Assembly (NCBI GenBank): GCA_007375595.1
Contig: VMEP01000001.1
Coordinates: 415,184 to 479,183 of the forward strand
Source: Parcubacteria group bacterium LiPW_30
Lineage (GTDB): Bacteria > Patescibacteriota > Minisyncoccia > Phycocordibacterales > VMEP01
Length of the DNA stretch: 64,000 bases
Reading direction: 5' to 3'
Within the stretch, counting starts at the first letter, position 1, and the number at the start of each line of letters is the position of its first letter. The translations under genes were made by a program, and so were the position numbers. This document shows, piece after piece, positions 17,374 through 26,483 of this stretch. Under the pieces are notes generated by a model, which saw nothing but the letters and a program-made list of their open reading frames with translations, had not been told where the DNA came from and ran no database searches.

Positions 17374-19289
17374 TTAATATAATTCGTACAATTTTTGTTG
17401 GAATAATTCTATTTTTAATAAATCCAGGTGTTTCTTTTGGCGCATCAATTAAAACATACACTGATTCTTCTGGTTTAAACCCTCGTTCCTCCCCACCATA
17501 TGTTGGCGGCTATGTCGTAGAGACGTTTACTTCATCGGGGACTTTTACTCCACCTGCTGGAGTCACCTCCGTGGATTACCTTGTTGTTGCCGGTGGTGGA
17601 GGCGGAGGCTCTGTTAATGGTGGGGCTGGTGGGGCTGGTGGTTTTCGAACTGCTAGTAATTATGTTGTGGTACCAAATAACCCAGTGACCGTCGTTGTTG
17701 GGGCTGGTGGGGCGAAAGGTAATCCATACGGTGGGAATAATGGATATGATTCTATTTTTGATTCTATTATATCGATAGGTGGTGGCGGTGGCTCTGGTGG
17801 TGGAGGTGCTGTTGAGGCAAAGGTTGGTGGTTCTGGTGGTTCGGGTGGATATTGGGTTTCTGGCGCTGCTGGCACCTCGGGGCAAGGTTATGCGGGTGGC
17901 ACTGGTGCTGGTGGATATCCAATAACTGGTGCTGGTGGAGGTGGAGGTGCCGGGGAAGCAGGAGACTCCCCTTTGTATGATTACACAGCAACTGATGGGG
18001 GTAATGGGCTTTCTTCTTTTATATCCGGGGTTAATACTTATTATGCTGGCGGTGGTGGCGGATGGGGGTGGGAGCAAGAACTTAGTTTAGAAAGAGATGG
18101 ACTCGGGGGCTTGGGTGGTGGCGGTTCAGGTAGAGTTAGCGGAGATGCAGGCGATGGTAGCGTAAACACTGGCGGTGGTGGCGGTGGTTCAAGTGAAAGT
18201 GGTGGCAACGGCGGGTCCGGCATCGTCATATTGAGGTACCGTAGCCCAGGTACTGTAAACATTACCTCAAGTATTTCATCGTCTTGGGTGGTTACCGGCC
18301 CGGCGACGATTACCGGCTCGGGCACCTCGCAGTCCTCGCCATCACAGCCCGCAGGAACATACACCATCACCTGGGGCGAGGTGTCCGGTTACACCGCTCC
18401 TGCGACTCAGAGCCTCACACTCGCTTCTGCTGGCACAATCACGTTTAACGGTACTTATGTGGCATTAACACCACCAACTACCACTTTCTCTGCTTCGCCA
18501 GCAACTATTTCGTATAACACATCCTCAACACTTAATTGGAGTTCAACAGATGCAACATCTTGTACTGCCGGGGGTGATTGGTCGGGAACAAAAGATATAT
18601 CAGGTAGTGTTAGTACTGGAAATTTAACAACATCTAAAACATACACACTCTACTGTACGGGCCCTGGAGGAAATTCTGTTACACAATCAGCGGCGGTAAC
18701 AGTAGAATCAAACCCACCAACTACTTCAATCACTAGTCCAACAATCGACATCACAATCCCTGAAAACCAAGAGCAACAATTTACAGGAGAAGCAGTAGAC
18801 ACAGATGGGACGATAGTTGGATATCAATGGAGAATGGGAAATTGTACAACAGGTACCGTTCTTAGTTCTTTGATAAGTTTTGCCAGATCATTTACACCAG
18901 GAACATATGATGTTTATTTCAGGGCCCAAGATAACAACGGGTTTTGGTCATTAGATTGCCCGACACGCAGAATTGATGTTGTCGTAAGTAATCAAATACC
19001 TGGTGTTTGCGGGGCTTCTAATGGTGTGCCAACTCAAAAGAAACCAACGTCAAATCTTTGTAGTACAGTAGGCTTACCGGAACCCGTTGTCTCGCCGGAA
19101 AATATTAGTGTCTTACCAGAAAGCGGCAACCCTTCTTCATGGTCATGGACATGCTCTGGAGAAAACGGTGGCGCAGATGCTGCTTGTGGAACCGCGACTT
19201 CGTGTGGTGATAATAAATGCCAGGCATCTAAAGGAGAAAACCCCTCAACATGTAAGGCTGATTGCAAGATAAAGTTTTTTGAGTTTTAG
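17370..19289 (+). CDS. Secreted glycine-rich surface protein with Ig/PKD-like and Cys-rich C-terminal modules
   Basis: Signal peptide; FTSSGTFTPPAGVTSVDYLVVAGGGGGG...GGSGIVILRY Gly-rich domain; STLNWSS...YTLYCTG module; CG..NG, WSWTC, CGDNKC..ENPSTCKADC. Confidence 0.8.
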   Translation: MINIIRTIFVGIILFLINPGVSFGASIKTYTDSSGLNPRSSPPYVGGYVVETFTSSGTFTPPAGVTSVDYLVVAGGGGGGSVNGGAGGAGGFRTASNYVVVPNNPVTVVVGAGGAKGNPYGGNNGYDSIFDSIISIGGGGGSGGGGAVEAKVGGSGGSGGYWVSGAAGTSGQGYAGGTGAGGYPITGAGGGGGAGEAGDSPLYDYTATDGGNGLSSFISGVNTYYAGGGGGWGWEQELSLERDGLGGLGGGGSGRVSGDAGDGSVNTGGGGGGSSESGGNGGSGIVILRYRSPGTVNITSSISSSWVVTGPATITGSGTSQSSPSQPAGTYTITWGEVSGYTAPATQSLTLASAGTITFNGTYVALTPPTTTFSASPATISYNTSSTLNWSSTDATSCTAGGDWSGTKDISGSVSTGNLTTSKTYTLYCTGPGGNSVTQSAAVTVESNPPTTSITSPTIDITIPENQEQQFTGEAVDTDGTIVGYQWRMGNCTTGTVLSSLISFARSFTPGTYDVYFRAQDNNGFWSLDCPTRRIDVVVSNQIPGVCGASNGVPTQKKPTSNLCSTVGLPEPVVSPENISVLPESGNPSSWSWTCSGENGGADAACGTATSCGDNKCQASKGENPSTCKADCKIKFFEF

Positions 19290-19476
19290 TTCACAAAAGT
19301 ATTTATATTTCTAGTATTTTATTGCGTGGTTTTCGTTGTGTTGTTGATAGTAATGTTTTTTTGGGCGAACACCTTAAAAATAAAAAGGTGCATAAGTGGT
19401 GTTGTGATAAATTTTTGAAGTTATAGAATGAAGAGAGGAATTACCTATAACCTATAAAAAAGAGAGGAGCGACATT

Positions 19477-19905
19477 ATGCATACTGTGCGTAGGTCGGAA
19501 GAGGTGAAGTTCTTTGCCAGAGTCGAACGTCGCCGAGAAAGAATAATCGACTGTGTCGCCATTGTCACAGTCGTTAGGTCCCAGTACGGAATTCACACCG
19601 AGGTTGATGTCGTCTTATATCGCCTCAACCGGAGAGAAGTTCGTTTTGGAGGCAAAGAGACGTTCGAGTTGGTACGCTTTTTGCCACAGGACAAAGAGTT
19701 AGCTTTTAATTTCTTCCCACATGGACCACCGTTTTTGAACAGCGGTCCGGCGTGGAAGGAAACCACTGGCTGGCTTGCCCCTGTAATTGATTCGTACAGG
19801 ACAATTTATGACCCTGGTTTGGTGATAGTAGAAGAGTATCCTCAAAAAATACTACCCACACCTTTTAGGCCGAGTGCATGTCCAGATCTTCGCGTTTTAC
19901 GTTGA
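19477..19905 (+). CDS. Hypothetical orphan protein
   Basis: GAGGAG SD before ATG; 142 aa ORF. Confidence 0.6.
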   Translation: MHTVRRSEEVKFFARVERRRERIIDCVAIVTVVRSQYGIHTEVDVVLYRLNRREVRFGGKETFELVRFLPQDKELAFNFFPHGPPFLNSGPAWKETTGWLAPVIDSYRTIYDPGLVIVEEYPQKILPTPFRPSACPDLRVLR

Positions 19906-20027
19906 AGACCCCAATTTTGTTTGCCGAGTTAATCGGTTAGCAGGGTTGGGGCTTTTTGTTTACAACTTTTGTATGTTGTGTTAGTATTTTTGCGGGAATG
20001 TTCCCATAATGAAAAAGAAGGAAGCTA

Positions 20028-20534
20028 TTGATGAAAAATCGTACAGTAGCAACGAACTCACTTTCCGTGACGCCAGCGGTGATGTTCGACCTCGAAAAGA
20101 GGATTGTGGCGTACATGAAGGGGGCCGAATGGCGGAAACTCATCCACCCGAATATCGGAGAAGATTTCTTTGTTCCGATGTGGAGGAAGGGGAAGGACGT
20201 CCATGGCGGTTTCGGCAAAAACGGGTTCATCGAAATCGAGAAGAATCCCGTTTTCGGGAAAAAGGACATTGTCCGCGTCGTCGCACTCAAGCAGGCGGTC
20301 GCGAACAGCATGGACCCGTCGATCTCCACCTTGGGCGGGAAGAAAGATATCGTTCAGGTCATCAAGGACTGGTCGCTTATCTCGATTCCCGATTCGGCCA
20401 AGATCAAGGTGATCGAGCACCGCGCTGAATGTGTCAAAGACAGCGCGAAGCGGGCGAAGTTGCCGTTGTCGGACCGCTCCGTTGCGTACAGTTCGCACGG
20501 TGGCACCTCCACCTCGGCGGGGATTACGGCTTAG
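20028..20534 (+). CDS. Hypothetical orphan protein, GC-rich codon usage
   Basis: GC3-rich in this frame, AAGGA SD, downstream hairpin ggtccgtctca...tgaggcgggcc. Confidence 0.65.
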   Translation: MMKNRTVATNSLSVTPAVMFDLEKRIVAYMKGAEWRKLIHPNIGEDFFVPMWRKGKDVHGGFGKNGFIEIEKNPVFGKKDIVRVVALKQAVANSMDPSISTLGGKKDIVQVIKDWSLISIPDSAKIKVIEHRAECVKDSAKRAKLPLSDRSVAYSSHGGTSTSAGITA

Positions 20535-20678
20535 CTTTCGAGCTTTAGCCGATCATTGGTCCGTCTCATCTTCTAGGTGAGGCGGGCCATTTCATTGCTT
20601 GCGCATATAATTGTTTTTGGTTAGTATATGCGCTTGCCGAAGTTCAACAGTAGTACAACCAGAAGAGGAGAAGCACAG

Positions 20679-20867
20679 ATGCATCAACAAGGTTCGGGTT
20701 CATCGCGCAGCTTCAATGCCCGTCGCGCGAACTATTTCGCGCGTCAGGGGACGCAAGCACAGCCGTTGTCGGGTGGAGCAGGGGTCGCCGCAAATGATCC
20801 CAAAGCCACTTCCGGCGAAGAAGAAATCGTCGTCGATTCCAAGGAGTCGTCGGCCAAAAAGCAATAA
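20679..20867 (+). CDS. Small hypothetical protein (MHQQGSGSS...), GC-rich
   Basis: GAGGAG SD before ATG at 20679; downstream hairpins. Confidence 0.5.
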   Translation: MHQQGSGSSRSFNARRANYFARQGTQAQPLSGGAGVAANDPKATSGEEEIVVDSKESSAKKQ

Positions 20868-20971
20868 CCGGCCGTAGGCCGGCAACAGGTCCGCAAATCG
20901 TCCTTCGACGAAGAGCGGGCCTTTTTCATTTGTCGTGGCGACCTGATATAATAATTTTTAACCAATAGATA

Positions 20972-22042
20972 ATGAAAAATTCTACTGAAAATAAGGCGAT
21001 GGAAAATGTCGCTTTCTATCGGAAATATCGTCCGCAGAAATTCGCCGATGTTTTAGGACAGGAGCACGTTATTTCGGTTATTGAAAATTCTCTCAAATCA
21101 GAAAGCATGGTGCACGCCTATCTTTTTGCGGGCTCGAGGGGCACGGGAAAAACATCTGTTGCTAGAATTCTTGCGCGCGAGCTCGGCACTTCCACAAACG
21201 ACCTATATGAAATAGACGCCGCTTCAAATCGTGGTATTGATGATGTTCGCGCGCTAAAAGAGTCGGTGCAGTCGCTTCCTTTTGATTCAAAATATAAAGT
21301 TTATATCATCGACGAAGTGCATATGCTCACCAAAGAAGCGTTTAACGCGCTTTTGAAAACTCTTGAAGAGCCACCTAAATATGTAATTTTTATTTTAGCG
21401 ACGACCGAAATTGAAAAATTGCCAGAGACCGTGGTGTCGCGTTGCCAGGTTTTTCAATTTAAAAAACCATCAATTGAAACATTGCGTGGGGTGATAGAAA
21501 AAATTGTTAAATCCGAAGGATATAAAATAGAGAAGTCGGCAGGGGAATTGATTGCGCTTTTGGGGGAAGGTTCATTTCGTGATACACAAGGAATACTTCA
21601 GAAAATAGTTGGGCTATCAAGCGACAAAGAAATTACTCGCGCAGAAGTTGAGAAAATAACCGGCGCGCCAAAAACAGAACTCGTTCGAGATTTTATTTCC
21701 GCGATTGCGACACACGATTTAGAACGCGGGCTTTCCGCCGTGGGCAACACGGGAAAAGAAAATCGCGATATGAAGGTATATATGAAGCTTGTTTTACGAC
21801 AGTTGCGCGCAGCGCTTTTGCTTAAATACGCGCCGGCAGGGGCGGGGAGTTTGCTTTCAGATTTCGACGAAGATGAAAAGAAATTTTTAAACACGCTCAT
21901 TAAAGAAAACGGGAAGAATATTACCTCAGGCGTATTAATAGAATTGCTCACCGCCTATCAGCTTCTCGACTATTCATATATTCCCGAACTTCCGCTAGAA
22001 CTTGCCCTGATTAAGATTGTCGGGCAAAATGACGCAAGTTAG
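20972..22042 (+). CDS. dnaX: DNA polymerase III subunit gamma/tau
   Basis: YRKYRPQKF..VLGQ, GSRGTGKT, EIDAASNRGIDD, IIDEVHML, LLKTLEEPP, SRC. Confidence 0.95.
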   Translation: MKNSTENKAMENVAFYRKYRPQKFADVLGQEHVISVIENSLKSESMVHAYLFAGSRGTGKTSVARILARELGTSTNDLYEIDAASNRGIDDVRALKESVQSLPFDSKYKVYIIDEVHMLTKEAFNALLKTLEEPPKYVIFILATTEIEKLPETVVSRCQVFQFKKPSIETLRGVIEKIVKSEGYKIEKSAGELIALLGEGSFRDTQGILQKIVGLSSDKEITRAEVEKITGAPKTELVRDFISAIATHDLERGLSAVGNTGKENRDMKVYMKLVLRQLRAALLLKYAPAGAGSLLSDFDEDEKKFLNTLIKENGKNITSGVLIELLTAYQLLDYSYIPELPLELALIKIVGQNDAS

Positions 22043-22064
22043 TTTAGTTTCGCGGGAAATACAT

Positions 22065-22135
22065 TGCCGGTTCGTCTAATGGTAGGACACCGCCCTTTGA
22101 AGGCGGGTATTGGGGTTCGAGTCCCTGACCGGCAG
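22065..22135 (+). tRNA. tRNA-Gln(TTG), CCA not encoded
   Basis: TGCCGGT/ACCGGCA acceptor, CCGCC-CTTTGAA-GGCGG anticodon arm, GGTTCGAGTCC T-arm. Confidence 0.94.
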
Positions 22136-22202
22136 TTTTTGAGCGTAGTTCGAGAAGTGTTGTGTTTATATTAAACTCTAATCTGATATAATTAAGAAAA
22201 TT

Positions 22203-23027
22203 ATGTTAGTTACCAATAAAACAAAAATTCTTTCCCCTGTTAAACTAGCACCATATTTTCAAGAGGATAATTTTGTTCTATACAATAGCGACTCAATTAT
22301 TTTACTGAATCAATTACCAGAAAGTTCAGTAGATATGATATTTGCGGATCCTCCATACAATCTTTCGAATGACGGTTTTAGCGTACATGCTGGGCGAATG
22401 GTAAGTGTTAATAAAGGCGATTGGGATAAAAGTAAAGGATTCCAAGACGATTATGCCTTCCACTATCGTTGGATGGAAGCTTGTAGGCGAGTTCTTAAGC
22501 CAAACGGCACACTTTGGGTAAGCGGTACTTATCACTCAATTTACCAATGTGGACATGCCCTTCAATCACTCAGTTATCATATTTTGAATGATATAAGTTG
22601 GTTTAAACCAAACGCTTCACCGAATTTGAGCTGTAGATTTTTTACGGCAAGCCACGAGACACTTATTTGGGCGAGGAAAGAAAAAAAGGCAAAACATAAT
22701 TTTAACTATGATTTAATGAAAAACGGGGAATGGCCTGAGGATAAATTAAAGAAACCAGGTCTTCAAATGAGATCCGTTTGGTCTATGGGGACTCCTCGCC
22801 CCGAAGAGAAAAAATATGGTAAGCACCCAACACAAAAACCTCTAGATTTGCTCAAAAGAATAATTTTAGCAAGCACAAACAAAGGAGATGTTGTTTTAGA
22901 TCCGTTTACAGGTAGTTCTACTACCGGGATTGCGGCGGTGATGTACGAGAGAAAATTTATTGGAGTAGATCTTGAAAAAAAGTACCTTGATTTATCTGTT
23001 AAAAGATTTAATGATTTAAAAAAATGA
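22203..23027 (+). CDS. Site-specific DNA adenine methyltransferase, beta class (DpnA/M2.DpnII-like)
   Basis: DMIFADPPY, SVNKGDWD, SCRFFTASHE, HPTQKP, LDPFTGSSTT. Confidence 0.9.
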   Translation: MLVTNKTKILSPVKLAPYFQEDNFVLYNSDSIILLNQLPESSVDMIFADPPYNLSNDGFSVHAGRMVSVNKGDWDKSKGFQDDYAFHYRWMEACRRVLKPNGTLWVSGTYHSIYQCGHALQSLSYHILNDISWFKPNASPNLSCRFFTASHETLIWARKEKKAKHNFNYDLMKNGEWPEDKLKKPGLQMRSVWSMGTPRPEEKKYGKHPTQKPLDLLKRIILASTNKGDVVLDPFTGSSTTGIAAVMYERKFIGVDLEKKYLDLSVKRFNDLKK

Positions 23028-23548
23028 TTAACAAAGGAAAAGGGGGAGGTAATACAATAACAGGACTTAATTTTGAAAAGGAAAAAGATATTCTTTCTCT
23101 TCTTAAAACTAAGAAAGGATATAGTGTTAAAGGAACAGCTATCTTTTATAACGGGAAGGAAGTTGCGAGGAACTATAAGAAAAATGCTCTATATAAATTT
23201 CTAGAATCTGAGAAGATAGATTACAAGAAAATTCTTTCTAAAAAACTTCTCCCCGATGAAGCTTTATATGTAATTGTTAATAACACCCTATTTATTATAG
23301 AGCTTAAGTTTCAGAAAGTAGCTGGGTCAGTCGATGAAAAATTACAGACATGTGATTTCAAAAGAAAACAGTATGCAAAATTGATGGCACCATTGAATAT
23401 AGAAGTTGAATATATCTATGTTTTAAGCGATTGGTTTAAAAAACCAGAATATAAAGATGTGCGAGATTATATAATTTCCGTAGGATGTCAGTATTATTTT
23501 GATTATCTTCCTCTACAAAAACTTGGGTTGCCTGTTCCACAAGATTAA
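23024..23548 (+). CDS. Putative type II restriction endonuclease (PD-(D/E)XK)
   Basis: LLPDEA...IIELKFQ..GSVDEK motif; ATGA overlap with the MTase. Confidence 0.75.
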   Translation: MINKGKGGGNTITGLNFEKEKDILSLLKTKKGYSVKGTAIFYNGKEVARNYKKNALYKFLESEKIDYKKILSKKLLPDEALYVIVNNTLFIIELKFQKVAGSVDEKLQTCDFKRKQYAKLMAPLNIEVEYIYVLSDWFKKPEYKDVRDYIISVGCQYYFDYLPLQKLGLPVPQD

Positions 23549-23580
23549 ATTTATTTTTTACAATCTTGGACGGACAGTCT

Positions 23581-23608
23581 GTTTGAGATGGGTTCAGACT
23601 CTGAAGAA
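23581..23608 (+). repeat. Island repeat B, copy 1
   Basis: gtttgagatgggttcagactctgaagaa; 24/28 identical to 24855-24882. Confidence 0.75.
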
Positions 23609-23619
23609 AATCGAAAAAC

Positions 23620-24105
23620 ATGGCGCAAATAATCAAAAAAGTATTTCATTGGCTTGGAACATTCCTTTGGAAGGATAAAACTTTAGCAATTATGGGTATT
23701 GTAATTGGGGTACTCGGCATTTATTTAGCTATAGATGCAAATAAAAGAACGGAAAAAGCTGAGGTTTTGCAAAAAATATCAGAGAAAAGCTATTTCGAGA
23801 CGACCTATAAGAAGATTTTCTTCAGTATTCCAATAGGAAATGGAATAGAAGATTTTAAAAAATTACCTAAAGAAACAGTAAATTCAATTCTGAATGACGC
23901 ACTCAGCGACATAGAATCGCAAATGAATAATAAATATCTTATTTCTAATACCGACTGCTTTAATAGTTGGAAGAGTTTTCAAGAATTTTTATATTTAGCC
24001 ATCAGATCTCCGGAAACTTTTGATTCTATGGGACCAGAACATAGCATCGCAAAGAACTATTACGCAAAATTGGATCCGCTATTGAATTATTGCCATAGTC
24101 TATGA
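23620..24105 (+). CDS. Hypothetical protein with N-terminal TM helix
   Basis: LAIMGIVIGVLGIYLAI helix; bracketed by repeats B and A. Confidence 0.7.
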   Translation: MAQIIKKVFHWLGTFLWKDKTLAIMGIVIGVLGIYLAIDANKRTEKAEVLQKISEKSYFETTYKKIFFSIPIGNGIEDFKKLPKETVNSILNDALSDIESQMNNKYLISNTDCFNSWKSFQEFLYLAIRSPETFDSMGPEHSIAKNYYAKLDPLLNYCHSL

Positions 24106-24113
24106 TTTTACCT

Positions 24114-24202
24114 ATTCTGAGGAACGTCGGAGGGGCGGAATAAAAGTAATCAAAAAAGCCTTGTGGAGTTTGGTGGTATAATTTACGAGACCGAGGAGAT
24201 CA
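24114..24202 (+). repeat. Island repeat A, copy 1 (89 bp)
   Basis: Ungapped alignment to 25812-25900; conserved gaggaacgtcg, aaaagccttgtgg, gagaccga; contains TGgTATAAT. Confidence 0.85.
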
Positions 24203-24275
24203 TCTTAAAACGACAACAGGCAATAGGAGGCCTTCGAGATTCGAGAGGAGATTCTAGTCATAAGTTTGTGTATAA

Positions 24276-24821
24276 TTGTCTATTATGGCAATCAAAAAAA
24301 CATCAGAGATTGGTAGTAAAGTAATCCGCTCTCGATCAAAAGAAGTTGAAAAAATAACTTCTTTGAGAGTTAAGAAAATAATAGTTGATCTCGTGGATAC
24401 TATGAGACATGTGAATTTGGTTGGTATGGCGGCACCCCAAATTGGAATAGGAAGTAGAATTTTTGTTACTGAAATTAGGAAAACAATAACACGAAAAAAT
24501 ATTTCTAAACCTGACCCACTTAAGGTTTTTATCAACCCCGAAATAACTAAGACATCAAAGAAACTTGTTGATGGATATGAGGGTTGCGGAAGCGTCGCCT
24601 CGGGGGGATTATTTGGAATCGTGAGAAGACCAGAAACTGTTTCCGTTCGAGCTTTTGATGAAACAGGTGAAGAATTTGAGTTAGAGACTTCTGGGTTGTT
24701 AGCAAGAATTATTCAACATGAGATTGACCATCTTGATGGAATTTGTTTTATTGATAAGGTTACAGACACTAAAAAATTGTTAGGTCGTCAAGAATATATC
24801 AAAATGGGAAGAAAAAAGTAG
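24276..24821 (+). CDS. def: Peptide deformylase
   Basis: GMAAPQIG, INP, EGCGS (variant of EGCLS), QHEIDHLDG. Confidence 0.9.
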   Translation: MSIMAIKKTSEIGSKVIRSRSKEVEKITSLRVKKIIVDLVDTMRHVNLVGMAAPQIGIGSRIFVTEIRKTITRKNISKPDPLKVFINPEITKTSKKLVDGYEGCGSVASGGLFGIVRRPETVSVRAFDETGEEFELETSGLLARIIQHEIDHLDGICFIDKVTDTKKLLGRQEYIKMGRKK

Positions 24822-24854
24822 GCCGGACTTTTTTTAGAGAAAAGAATCTAATCA

Positions 24855-24882
24855 GTTTGAGATAAGTTCGGACTCCGAAGAA
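24855..24882 (+). repeat. Island repeat B, copy 2
   Basis: gtttgagataagttcggactccgaagaa; palindrome ttcgga-c-tccgaa versus ttcaga-c-tctgaa in copy 1. Confidence 0.75.
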
Positions 24883-24892
24883 CGTATATTTT

Positions 24893-25795
24893 ATGGAACT
24901 AAATCTTGGTTACAGAAACAAAATACTTATTTTAGGCGCGGGTGCGTCTAAAGACTATGGGCTACCAATCTGGAAAGAGTTGGATTCTTTGATAAAGGAG
25001 AGACTGAAAGATGGTGGAGAAAATCAATATTCACGCGCAAAGGATGTTTTGGCTTGGCTAGATAAGGTGGGAGAAAAAAACGAATATAAAACTATTGATG
25101 AATGCATTGAAAAGGAATCAGTAACAGGAATCTATCATTCAGATGGAGATAGTGTGGAAAACGATCTATTCTCGTCAGTCAAAGATATCTTCAACGAAGT
25201 TTATAAAGAAAATAACGAAGGTTGGATAACAAGGTTGAGTAATAAAATTTTACATAACTCTGAAAACCGATTGGAAGAGAGAGTGGCTTTCATAAATTAT
25301 AATTACGATAATGTTTTAGAGAAAAACCTCTTAAGATTTGGTCATCTGCCAGGGAAACATTTGCGTCTCAATAATAAACCTAGACTAGACCAGTTATCGT
25401 CGGTGCAGGTACCTGTTTTGTATGCTCATGGGAATCTTTATAAGAAATCTGAGGTACCCTTAGGGTCCCATACGGATAGATATTACAAAACCATGAAGAG
25501 TGGTTTCGTTGGGTATATAGATGTTGTTTCGTGTTATGAAAGCCACAACCATACAGTTAATCACGAGTTAGATGCCGACGAACTTGAAATGTATATTTTA
25601 GGATTGGGCGGGGGTCTTAAATTCAATCTTAGTAAACTTAATATTTCCAAGAAAGTGTCGCAAATTTCTGTGACAATTAGTAATGCTCATGACGATGAAG
25701 AAATTATAAAATTTTTAAGTACAAAATTTAAAGTTCCAGTAGAGAAAATTTTTATATATAGATCTTGTGCTGAGTTAATTGATACATGCTTCTAG
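24893..25795 (+). CDS. SIR2-like (SIR2_2/AbiH-type) putative defence protein
   Basis: ILILGAGAS.DYGLP, INYNYD, LYAHG motifs. Confidence 0.75.
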   Translation: MELNLGYRNKILILGAGASKDYGLPIWKELDSLIKERLKDGGENQYSRAKDVLAWLDKVGEKNEYKTIDECIEKESVTGIYHSDGDSVENDLFSSVKDIFNEVYKENNEGWITRLSNKILHNSENRLEERVAFINYNYDNVLEKNLLRFGHLPGKHLRLNNKPRLDQLSSVQVPVLYAHGNLYKKSEVPLGSHTDRYYKTMKSGFVGYIDVVSCYESHNHTVNHELDADELEMYILGLGGGLKFNLSKLNISKKVSQISVTISNAHDDEEIIKFLSTKFKVPVEKIFIYRSCAELIDTCF

Positions 25796-25811
25796 TAATA
25801 AATCGACTCTC

Positions 25812-25900
25812 ATTCAGAGGAACGTCGAAATGGTACGATTAGAGATGTCAGAAAAGCCTTGTGGGGCTTGATGGGCAAATATACGAGACCGAAGAGGCCA
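25812..25900 (+). repeat. Island repeat A, copy 2
   Basis: attcagaggaacgtcg...aaaagccttgtggggcttgatgg...tacgagaccgaagaggcca. Confidence 0.85.
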
Positions 25901-26005
25901 GTTTTTGAGCTGTTTTCTAGGGGTTATTCGTGCGAGGAATGATAAAGTAGTACTATAAAGCGACAAAGTTGTGTGTTTCGTTTGATAAACTTTTGGAATA
26001 AATTT

Positions 26006-26296
26006 ATGAACAATAAAGAAGCTAAAGCACGAATCAGAATAAACAGTCTACTCCAACAGTCTGGCTGGAGGTTTTTTGATGACGAAAACAGCAAGGCAAA
26101 CATTGCTCTAAATAAACTTTCAAAAAAATCAGTTGATGAATTAGGAAACGATTTTGAAAAAACAAAGAACAATTTTACCGATTTTCTTCTTCTTGATGAA
26201 AAAGGTTTCCCCTATGTTGTGTTTGCTGCAAAATCAAGCGCCGAACTGTTCGAGTTAAAAATAAAATCAAAAATCGATGAATTATGAGGAGAATAA
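26006..26296 (+). pseudogene. hsdR: Type I R-M remnant: HsdR N-terminus joined to a probable HsdS-like C-terminus
   Basis: EAKARIRINSLLQQSGWRFFDDEN...DFLLLDEKGFP.VV(F)AAK, then ELFELKIKSKIDEL*GE*; no helicase domains follow. Confidence 0.65.
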
Positions 26297-26300
26297 TTAT

Positions 26301-26483
26301 ATGAGCAGTAACATTATCAAACAACATTTAGCAGAGATGGTAAAAGACAAGAAACTGGATGCCGAGTTCATCCAGCTTTTGTCTGGTTCGAACGACAACA
26401 ACGAGGAAGGCAGAGATACTGCTATAAAGATTCTGTTTGCGATAAAAAAACGCTATGTTGAAAGTAAAAAAGATAACTCTTAG
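26301..26483 (+). CDS. Small helical protein overlapping the ATPase start
   Basis: GAGGAG SD, ATG at 26301, overlaps the next ORF. Confidence 0.6.
   Translation: MSSNIIKQHLAEMVKDKKLDAEFIQLLSGSNDNNEEGRDTAIKILFAIKKRYVESKKDNS

Noticed and set aside
17532-19267. Pro/Thr/His-rich minus-strand ORFs
   Set aside because: Shadows of the GGN-rich glycine codons of the plus-strand gene
20009-20498. Several overlapping open frames here and at 38241-38638
   Set aside because: Expected from local high GC and few stop codons; only the SD-led, GC3-biased frame was kept
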